Assembly: GCA_000708835.1 (NCBI GenBank)
Contig: DF236953.1
Coordinates: forward strand, 1 to 64,000
DNA: 64,000 nucleotides
Reading direction: 5' to 3'
DNA from: Klebsormidium nitens
Lineage: Eukaryota > Plantae > Klebsormidiophyceae
Under the pieces are notes generated by a model that saw only the letters and a program-made list of their open reading frames with translations, did no database searches and was not told where the DNA came from. A program made the position numbers and the translations under genes. Every line of letters starts with the position of its first letter. Position 1 is the stretch's first letter. Below, in pieces: positions 1 through 9,300 of the stretch.

Positions 1-260
1 ACCGAGTATCCATATTTCTTGTTCAATGAACCTCGTGTGGTCTCTTGTATGAGGACAACTACCCTCTGTGGGAGCGAAATCTTCTTCCCCTGGCACTTTT
101 GAGTCCGAAACAGTTGAGATCCTGCTCGGGCCTCTGCTTGACAGACGCGCCCCTTCTTTGCGTCGATTTCAAGTCGCGTATCCTTCTACAGAGCAAAGGC
201 ATCATTCCCCTTTGCATCATAGGCAGCAATCACTCGAAAGCTTCGTTTCGTGGATTCCAT
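1..260 (-). pseudogene. MC1-like (NCLDV/virophage-type) small basic DNA-binding protein, interrupted by TAG at 188-186, runs off the window start
   Basis: Hand translation of the minus strand from ATG at 260 (absent from the ORF track): MESTKRSFRVIAAYDAKGNDAFAL*KDTRLEIDAKKGRVCQAEARAGSQLFRTQKCQGKKISLPQRVVVLIQETTRGSLNKKYGYS. The KRSFxV...AxxAGSQLFR...IQETTRGSxxKxYxY pattern resembles viral MC1-domain proteins as I recall them. Confidence 0.55.
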
Positions 261-444
261 ATCGGATGGCCTGGTGCACTTCTATGATAGGTTTGTAGAA
301 AATAAGCCCGCCCCCTAATGCATCTCTGACTATGCGGATTCAACAATCTCGGCTGCAAGCAATAATATACAGTGCATATGGTATGAAGCGCACGTGGAGA
401 GACAGTGAAAAAGTGTCAAGTCCCTTTTAAATATCTAGTTATTC

Positions 445-472
445 TGTTGAAAAATCTCGAGATTTGTCAACA
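445..472. other. 28-bp near-perfect palindrome TGTTGAAAAAT-CTCGAG-ATTTGTCAACA in the divergent intergenic region of the viral-like module
   Basis: Read directly. The two 11-bp arms are reverse complements with one mismatch, around a self-complementary 6-bp core. Function unknown. Confidence 0.85.
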
Positions 473-626
473 ATTTTCGGCCCCCCGCACGCAGTTTTAA
501 GAAAATAAGCGTTTAAGAGAGGTTTCGATGTCATTTTATTGCGACCGACCTTTTTGAAATAACTTGTTGCAAAATGGGAGACGTTATAAAATTATTTTCT
601 TGCATCATTGTAGGCGGGTGATAAGT

Positions 627-1505
627 ATGGATGCTCTACGGAAGGTCTTAGCTGATGGGATCAGGACCGAGAGTTCCACAGAGCAGTATCTCAAAGGGAT
701 TCAGCTTCTATGGAACATGGTTTTCGATGATAAAATGCCCGAGGACCCTTCTTGGATAAAGAACAAGGCTCAGAAGATTGTTGCAGCTGTTCTCGAGCGA
801 TATGATAATCCCGGAAGCAGGCGTACTCGCTTAGCCCCTTTTCTTGCTGTTTGTCGCAAACTCGGTCATGCGGAGGCTTATCAAACCTACTATGAGCCGT
901 TTCGGAAGGAAAATAAGGCTCTGAAGGAATCTGCTCAACGAAAAATTGAAACCAAAACCTCGGACGCCACATCAGAGATGACCGTTGAAGAGGTCGAAAC
1001 ATTCGGAAAGAAGCTTGCACGCAAGGTTAGACAGTTGAGTCTCGAAGACATGAATCGAGATCTCACTCCTAAGGAGGTGAAGATCTGTATGTGGCATCTC
1101 GTCCTCGAATGGCATATGCTTCTGAGTAAGGAGCATCGTCGTCGTGTAAAAGTGCACGAGCTTCCAATCTTACAAAAGGGGCAACAGATCGAGGGTGCGA
1201 GCTATTTGCTGCAGACCTCACGACGCAAGGGAGATTACAAACTCGTTCTTGAAGACGGAGTTCGAATCCCTCTAACGAAGATGCTGAGCAAGTATCTTCA
1301 TCGAACCCTTCAATTGATACCTCGAGATTACTTTTTGACTTCGATCACTCAGCCGCAGACGGCTATGACTGCTAGCAATTGGTCGATGTTTATGAATAAG
1401 ATCCAGTATAACGGAAAGCGCTTCAATCCAGATCGACTTTAAGACGTCCGTATCTTACGAAAAATATCTATGAAGAGTAGTAGCAACGAGGCAATTTTGC
1501 GGTGA
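627..1505 (+). pseudogene. Tyrosine-recombinase-like paralog lacking the catalytic Lys loop and the C-terminal His/Tyr; in-frame TAA at 1440-1442
   Basis: Colinear with the downstream YR: SSTEQYLKGI/STVSVYIRQL, WHLVL/DHLIL, EDGVRIPL/KDGVRCLEV, LHRTLQLIPRDYFL/ILRSFNLIPRKHLI. Reading through the TAA gives DVRILRKISMKSSSNEAILR* (ILRKIS ~ LLRHIS), ending at TGA 1503-1505, which overlaps the next ATG. Confidence 0.7.
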
Positions 1506-2548
1506 TGGATTTCAACTTCGAAGCAGAGATACGCAGAAAACTGAAGGTGCAGTCTCCCGAGAAGGTTCTTTGTGGAGCTCCGCCAAACCGATCAGATTCT
1601 ACGGTGTCTGTTTACATTAGACAACTAAAAACCGTGTATTCGGCTGGAGACTTTGGGCCGGACGTGATGAACAGTCTCGACTGGATTGAGGACCATGAAC
1701 ATGTGATTTCAACCATAGAGAGTCTTACATCTCGTGATGGCAAGCTTCTTAAACCTCTGACAAAGAGTAATTATGCGGCCCATTTTGCTATTCTTGCTTC
1801 TGGAGAGACGCAATCAGCGTATTCGAAGTATATGCAGAGGATGAAGCCAACCGAGGAGGAGCTCGATCGTTCTATGCAGAGAAAGACGCCGAAAGAGGTC
1901 GACAATTGGATTCCTTGGTCCGAGCTCTTAGAAAAAGGATCGGAACTCGACGATCAGATCAACCGCTATGTTGTGCCAAAGTTTCACAAGAAGGAACGCT
2001 TGGATCGCCATGATAAGCAGTTGGTTATGGACCATCTCATTCTTGCACTCTATACGATGCCCTTGGGACCTTTGCGGAATGAGTACGCAGAATGCATCTT
2101 TTTCATGAAGGACCACGAAAACGATTGCATTGCGATCAAACCGGGTGACATCAACGTCGTCGAGTTGAACGAAGATCCCAATAAGTGTTTCTTTCACATT
2201 GGTCGACATAAGACCCTCGAAAAAGATGGCGTTCGTTGCCTTGAGGTTCCTGAGGATCTCGTAAAAGTCATACTTAGATCCTTTAATCTGATTCCTCGAA
2301 AACATTTGATCCTTAAGAGGCATTATCTCGTCTGGAAAGATGAACCGATATCGAATTTTACCGTAGTTCTTAACGACCTTGGTCAGCGCCATTTCGGTAG
2401 GAATCTTAGCTGCACTTTGCTTCGACACATCTCACATACTGAACAGAGTCCGAAGCTGATGTCCCGTGGTGAAGTGAGAGCAAAGGCACAATACATGGGC
2501 CATAGCATGAGGACTGCGGATGAGCTCTATAGTAGACGATTTGAATAA
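1505..2548 (+). CDS. Tyrosine recombinase / phage-integrase-family protein, intact, 347 aa, intronless
   Basis: N-terminal core-binding-like helices (SDSTVSVYIRQL), then ordered catalytic motifs PLRNEY (R), GRHKT (K), CTLLRHI (R; the usual HxxR His is replaced), YMGHS (H) and ELYSR (Y nucleophile). Confidence 0.85.
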   Translation: MDFNFEAEIRRKLKVQSPEKVLCGAPPNRSDSTVSVYIRQLKTVYSAGDFGPDVMNSLDWIEDHEHVISTIESLTSRDGKLLKPLTKSNYAAHFAILASGETQSAYSKYMQRMKPTEEELDRSMQRKTPKEVDNWIPWSELLEKGSELDDQINRYVVPKFHKKERLDRHDKQLVMDHLILALYTMPLGPLRNEYAECIFFMKDHENDCIAIKPGDINVVELNEDPNKCFFHIGRHKTLEKDGVRCLEVPEDLVKVILRSFNLIPRKHLILKRHYLVWKDEPISNFTVVLNDLGQRHFGRNLSCTLLRHISHTEQSPKLMSRGEVRAKAQYMGHSMRTADELYSRRFE

Positions 2549-2644
2549 GTGGGCAATTCTCTTCTTTCTACACTTTGTGTGCGTTCTCTGAGAAGCACTT
2601 TTTCTATGTTAGAATTATCAGGAGGCATCAACTGCACTCCAGCC

Positions 2645-2891
2645 ATGGAATCGACGAATCACAATCATGGATCCACCGCGTGTGCTGCTTGTTTGGAAGC
2701 GAGCATCTATAAAGACGACCATCAGGCCAAGAAAAGAGAATATTCAAAGAAGTTACTATCAAGTACACAAGGACGAGATTCTCTTGAAGAAGGCTCTTAA
2801 ACGAATTGCGAAAGGAAGTAAGACAAGCAGACGGACGAGGCAGCGACTTTATGATGCACAGATTGCTCTTCCTTGGATTCGATCGTACTAA
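2645..2891 (+). pseudogene. Small basic viral-type protein (~81 aa) split by a +1 T at 2753-2754
   Basis: Removing one T from AAGAAGTTACTAT joins two ORF-track frames into MESTNHNHGSTACAACLEASIYKDDHQAKKREYSKKYYQVHKDEILLKKALKRIAKGSKTSRRTRQRLYDAQIALPWIRSY*. It has a CxxC and a REYxKKYYxxHKxEI basic helix. Confidence 0.55.
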
Positions 2892-3006
2892 TCAACACGT
2901 CTTTGCAAGCGTGGGCTCCGTCGAGTGCCGCGTTGCATGTCGAACAAATTTTCTGGGATTGAAAAATATAAGGGGGCTTCGGACCTCCTTTGGTCTGTGG
3001 AAAAGC

Positions 3007-5849
3007 ATGGCAACAAACTCGATTGTGAACATGTTAGAAGCGTATGCTCAAGAAGGACTATACGCTGTTCCGGCAAAAGTCAGAGCGACAGACAAAGGAT
3101 CGAAGGAGATTTTGGCAACGATGCCGCATACAAAAGCCAATCACGCAATACGTACAGCATCCGATTGGAGAATGGCGCGGGATCGCATCATGGAAAAGAT
3201 TGAAAAAGAATAATACAACTTCTTGGCAATAAAGACGGGAACCATTTCGGACATCTTTGTGTTTGATATAGACACACGAGACAAACCGGAGAAAGATCTC
3301 CAAGCTGGCATGCCTCTCTGGAAAAGACTGATCGCGGAACACGGGGAACCAGATACTTTAAAAGCCACTTCTGCCAGCGGAGGCCTCCATTATTACTTCT
3401 CGTACGGTGAATCACTCAAAGACGGACTCCAATCAGGAAAGTGTTTTGCTGGAGTGGACTATGAGGGCATGTATTATGGACTCGATGGGCGCGGAGATGG
3501 AGGCATCGTTCTGGCCCCGCCAGGCTCACCTGAGATTGGATTGAATTACACTTGGAGCGCACAACCCTTAAGGACAAACATCCAACCAGCTCCATCATGG
3601 TTGATCCGATTCCTCAACGATTCTGCTGGGAGATCCGCAAACAAGAGTCTCGTGTTGACTTCAAGCGATCGAATTCAAGAGTTGTTAGCAAATGGTGCTG
3701 ATTTCGAGCAGATAAGGGGGCTCGAATCAAGCACCGTCGAAGAAACAATGCGTGTGGAGGTGAATACCAATGACTCACAACGTAGACAAGCACTCGAGCA
3801 CAAGAAGATTGCTGATGCAATGATGCAGCTGTTACAAGACGCTAGACTCGACACGGATGTTCGCTTTTCTGGCAATGTGACCTACCAGGGTCCATATGGT
3901 ATGCTCTACTCATTCATCTGTCATGGTCCTCGAACCTGCATACACATGGTCATCAACACACTGGTAGCAACAATCTGACTCTCGTGAAAAGAGGATGGAC
4001 GGTATTCTATCGATGCTTTGGCTCCGAATGTACCGAGAAGCCTCTTACGGAGCTCGGCAATATCCCGATACCAGTGTCGTTGTTGGATTCGAATCCTGTA
4101 CGTCTACATCCAACTCATGACTGGAGTACCTTTCCAAATAACATCAGAACGCTGTCGCAGGATGCTGTGAAAGCACAAATGAATCTTATCCGGCGTAACG
4201 TGACGCAGCGCTATCGAGGCATGGCTGCAATCTTCTCGGCCATGTATCTCGTCGACGGACGCATCATTGCTGAGGGCAAATGCTTTCACTACTGGAACGG
4301 TCGCAGATGGATAGTCGATAACGCGTTCCATATACAGACCGTCTTCAGTAACCACATGGCTCGTATCATAACCTGGTATTCGAAATGGAGATTGAATGCT
4401 TTCAAGCAGGAGATCTGCGCACGCATGAGAGGCTCTGCAACAGAGCAGAACGTCTCATCAATGCCAGAATTGGTCCTTTCAGATTGGGCATTGAACCCAA
4501 CAAATGAAGAAGAAAGAAAAGCATGTAGCATTGCATGGAGGGTGGTCAACAAAACGTATCCGTTTCCAACAAAGAGAGATCTAGTGGATCTGACACGGGG
4601 TTCCGAGGTTCGTGTATGTCTTGAATTTGTCATGAACTCCTTGCAGGCTCCCCAATCTCTCAGCGAGATGATGGATATTGCCAATCCGTTCTTGTTTGCC
4701 TGTCAGAACGGCGTCATTAATACCGAGACCGGAGAGTTGCTCGCATTTCATCCTGCTCACCTGTGTTCGCGCGCGTCGAAAGCAACTTTTCGTGGAATGC
4801 CAAAGGCCGGAAGCCGATTCGAGAGGTTCCTGCTTGATTGCTTCAACGATGACAGAGAAGTACTCGAATGGTATCAGCTCTTCTGCGGCTATTGTATGAT
4901 GGCAGATACGAGTAAACAATTGTTCCTTGTCAAGCAAGGCAATGGAGCTAATGGAAAATCGTTGACAAAGCTGGCAAATCTCGAAGTTCTAGGCAGTTAC
5001 GCTGTCGTTATGTCAGAAGACTGCATCATTGAGGCTGGTAAACGGTCGGCTGGCGCGGCTTCGAGCCACATCATGGCTCTTCGGGGCGGGCGGCTTGCTG
5101 AGACCGACGAGTCGGGAGAGAAAGCAGTTCTGAATGAGGCCGCAATGAAAGCCCTATCAAGCGGGGGGACGACTACAGGGCGCGAGCTGCATAGCAGACA
5201 AAAAACATTTGAGCTCACCGTGAAAATCGTCCTCAACACGAACTACAAACCTATTCTTCAGAACGTATCCTACTGTGTCACTCGACGCTTGGCACTACTC
5301 CCGATGTTGGTCACTTTCTTACCTCCTGAAAAACTTGATTTTAGCAAACCACGCCAAAAGCTTATCGATACTACTCTTGAAGCATACCTGAAAAGCGACC
5401 AAGGTCGAGATGAAGGTCTATCATGGTACACACAAGGAGCAAAGTGCTATCGTGAACTCAAGCGAACGAATCCCAACACGCTACCACTAATGCGTAGACC
5501 TCGTGTCATGGAAGAAGCTGTTAGAGCATACATCAACGACTCGGACATTGCTAGGCGATGGATCGTCGATTGTCTCGAATTCGAAGATATTCAACCCGAA
5601 GAAAGAGCGACATGGCACTTGGCCGTTGGCGAACGGCTCGGAGAGGTGTTTCGAGCTTGGTTGAAAGAAGAAGACTTGACTAGCTCTCTGTCGGCGACGG
5701 CGCTGAAAAAGCGCATCTTGGAGTATGCTGAAGGCAAAAATCGGGTGGTTGCAGACGGCCGATTCACTGATAGCCAAGTTCAGTCCCAAGGACAGTTTAA
5801 AGGCCTTTTGGGGGTTCGACTGAAATCCGGCTATGAATCTCATGTGTAA
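3007..5849 (+). pseudogene. Primase-helicase fusion: Prim-Pol (AEP) + PrimPol/UL52-type Zn finger + D5_N + SF3 (D5/P4-like) helicase; nonsense at 3211-3213 and frameshift at ~3945
   Basis: ATG 3007 (MATNSIVN) is in frame across the TAA with YNFLAIKTGTISDIFVFDID...TSASGGLHYYF...DGRGDGGIVLAPP (Prim-Pol motifs). After a 1-nt frameshift comes RTCIH/GHQHTGSNN...FYRCFGSEC (Zn finger), then FHYWNGRRW (D5_N), GNGANGKS (Walker A), LAETDE (Walker B) and LNTNYKP (motif C). Confidence 0.85.
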
Positions 5850-5951
5850 GAGTAGGTGAAGACGATTCAAGCAAGCGCTTACATGCAGAGGGGAGCTATA
5901 GACTTTGCAAGCTGATTGCTTGGTAAGATATATTTTCCAGGATTAAGTTCC

Positions 5952-6202
5952 GGGCTTCTGGTCTGCAGACCAAAAGTCTATAAGACCACGATTTCAAGAG
6001 TTTCCAATTTCAGAATTCTCTAGGCACCATGATTGCTATAATTGAAAAGATTTGGAATCCGCGTCTTCTGGGCTTCTGGTGTGCAGACCAAAAGTCTATA
6101 AGACCACGATTTCAAGAGTTTTTGATTTCATAATTCTCTAGGCACCATGATTGCTATATCTGAAAAGATTTGGAATCTGCGTCTTCTGGGCTTCTGGTCT
6201 GC
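5952..6202. repeat. 118-bp tandem repeat, ~2.1 copies
   Basis: GGGCTTCTGGT(C/G)TGC starts at 5952, 6070 and 6188. The two full units differ by only a few substitutions. Confidence 0.95.
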
Positions 6203-6393
6203 GGCCCCATCTAGGCACGGTTATGCCACTGGCACAAGTACCTTTCTCGTTTGCACCAAAGTGATATAGCTTCTTATGATGATAACGACCACACATTATG
6301 CACATCGATGCTGTTGGAACATGCATGCAGCATATGATCAAACGTACAAGTCATGGTAACTTTTCGATTGGTGTCTTTGCTTCATTAGGGTGT

Positions 6394-9300
6394 TTAGTAC
6401 ATCAAGAGTCGTTGCCGTACAGCCGGACTCCACGTGTCCGCTCTGCCCGCAATGCGCAGCTTTGGTTCGTCAACCCGTGCTAGATCGCTATTCCTTTCGC
6501 TGACTAGATTAGCGAGGATGACCATGAACGCTACGAGGCTGCTATACCACGCTTGCGTCTTGAAGGTGACGAGGAACGCGTTGCACGACTCCACTGCCGA
6601 CGTATTGACCCATCGCACAGAGTCGTAGTAGTCTGCACGTAATACGGGGATTGAATTAGTTCATCATAGGAAAGCCTTGAGACATGGCGTTGTAGAAGAA
6701 TGCTGCATAGACATGCACTCTTAGAAGGCAGTCAAAAGTTGCCTCCCTCTTTTTTATAGAAGAGCGAGGGCGTTTTTTACTGAGGCACTTCAAACCCGTT
6801 TTTCTGCAAACGCTATGACTTGGCGCCTTCTTCGACTCAAGAATTGGTACCATCTTACAAATATATCAGGGTCTTACCCGGATTGTAAGAAGGGCCGCAT
6901 TTGTGCGCCTCCGCAGAAGTGCGTTGGAAGTGGAATCTGCAAAAGATGAAGCATGGATTGATAAATAAAAAGGTACAAAGAGTTCACAATTGAAGTGACT
7001 TGCGACGCTTGCATGGCAACAGCGCAGAGGATCATAAAAACTGTATTCAACAAGAGCCGCCACTTGGCTTGCATGATTCTTCACTCACCGATCAACCAAA
7101 AAACGGACTTCTGCAAAGAACGCTGGCTCTCTCCGCATCGCGTAGGCACGCAGCTTGCAGGCGTTGTCGTAGACCAGGTATGAGGGGAGATCTTTCCGAT
7201 TGAGGCGAGTGTACAGAACGGTGAAGGGGTCTCGCGGCGACTCCCCGCGGAGCATGACGTGGAAGCCATAGATGACACAATGAGGGCACGAAAAGACAAA
7301 GCCGCCCTTTGTGTGCCGTTGCAGGCTCTTGTTCTTCTTGATCCCGCTTTCCAGAGCGACCTTGGCATCGAATTCCCCGACGGTAAGCCCGCTCCGACAC
7401 CGATGCTCCTCATCGCGCTCGCGAGACCTACCGAGGTCGTCTTCGAACGGTTCGTATTGCGGAAGGGCGCGTTTCTGCTCCCATCCTGGAATTGGATAGC
7501 AGCCAAGCTCTCGTTGCTCGCGGCAGTAAGGATGGTCCTGGGGAAGAGAGCCGCGCTCCGATCCGTCCGCCTCGAGACCGAGCCTGTCGTTCAACAAGAT
7601 CCGTTCTGGCGGAAGAAGGGCGTACTCGTGCAGTGCTGGAGGGGAAAGGCTTTCGACTCCGGGGAGAAGAGCATTCGCCCGGGCCGCCCAGAAGTCGAAG
7701 GCTTGCTGTTGCTCGAAGTTCAGGGGTTTTGGCTCCCGCTCCAGCCAGACGCAGACATCGAGGCCTTCGATCGCCGACAACGCCCATCCCGCCCGTCCAA
7801 TTCCAAGCCCCATCGCTCCGCGCGCAAACAGTGTCAAACGGTAAAGGTGGTGTAGCACGGGATGGAAGTACCGGGGAAAGCGGTCACCGAAATGGTCTAG
7901 CAGCAGACGCAGGATAGGGGAATGCTCGGCCAGCACGACCCTGTTCTCATCGTTTGCGGCTCCTCCAAGGAGCAGCTTACGGACCACCCCCAAGGCTTTC
8001 CCGTGTTGGATGAGATTCGAGTCGTCTGAGACCGAATATGGGGCACCTAGAGTGTAGAGCAGTTCCGCCCATCTGCCTGGGCAGCGGGGAGGCCATTGGG
8101 GCGCGTCTTGCATCGCTTCTCTCTCGATGCCGTCAAGCAGCTCGAGCACGTCTTTGTTCTTCGACCGAACCTGGCCGACCTGATGAGCCGGAATCTGCCG
8201 GCGCCAGTGCAAGAGCACCGGGTCTGCATCGGCATCGGCTGGATCCTGGGCAAAGCCCGTGACGACTTGCACATCGTCCCTAGCGAGCGCGACCTGCACA
8301 AAGACGCTAGATCAGGTCAGCTGCTCGAAGCGAGCATGCATGAGCACTGCAAATCTTTCTTCCGGATCTAACAAACTGAAATACTACAGTCAAAAGTCGC
8401 CTCCATTCCTCTAGAATATGATGGGCGACTTTTGACTGAACCCGTTTACCAGAGGGATGTGTTGCAACGCGCTGACAATCCGAACAAGGTTGCCGGAGGA
8501 AAAGACCATGCTTGCAACTCGATCAAAGTCGTAGCAGAGCGCTGGCATGTAGCCCTTCCGGCAAATCCTTAGGTAGAAGTATTGCCTTTTGGCAAACATC
8601 CGGCCACCGCAGTCAGAACGGCCCTCCTTCTCTCTATAAAATGAGGGGCGCCTTTTAACTGGCCTCTCTCTAAAATCCGGCCTGCCGCAGCTGAGAGTGG
8701 GCCGGAGTCAAAACGGTCCTTCTTTCTTCTAAGAAATCATTATGGGCGCCTTTTGACCTCTCTCAAATATCCGGCCTACCGCAAGCAAAAAACGGGCCGG
8801 AGTCGAAACGTACCAGAAGCTCCTTGTATTCTCGTGTACTCAGCGTCTTCCCTAGCTTTGGGTCAGCAGCATGGTGTCCGCTGAACTGCGCTAGAAGCGT
8901 CCGAAGCTCGGGTTGATGCAGGAGACGCTTTTTCAGCCCCCCTCCCGAAAGAGACGCCGCCAGGTAGTTACTTCCGGCCTCCATGACTCTCTGTACGTTG
9001 ACTTTATCGGAGCCTTGACTTGGCGCCGTGAAGGGCCGAAGCAGGGCGGCATCGGTTCCGGCAAGCCCGCCCTTCTGACGCGTGCCGTCGGCGCAAGCAA
9101 GCCTCGCAATGCCGTCGCATAGAAGCACCTTCACAAGAAAGATGATCCAGTGCTCTTGAAAGAATGAACTTCATAAATCTTAGGTGCCCACGCTCTAATG
9201 ACGTCAGCAATAAGCGACCGCAAAAAGTTGGTGCCAGAGCTTGGACATTTTGGACACTTGGACACGGCGGCAGGATTGACTCGGGATGTGATGACGTCAT

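Larger units (their letters stand above)
1..6202. mobile_element. Endogenous virus-like / Polinton-like-virus-type integrative element, left end outside the window
   Basis: Compact, intronless, lower-GC gene cluster (YR, primase-helicase, MC1-like) unlike the intron-rich flanking genes. No capsid or packaging ATPase gene is visible in the window, and the boundaries are not defined. Confidence 0.7.

Noticed and set aside
5952-6202. 118-bp repeat as a CRISPR array
   Set aside because: The units are contiguous with no unique spacers, are too long, and there are no cas genes.
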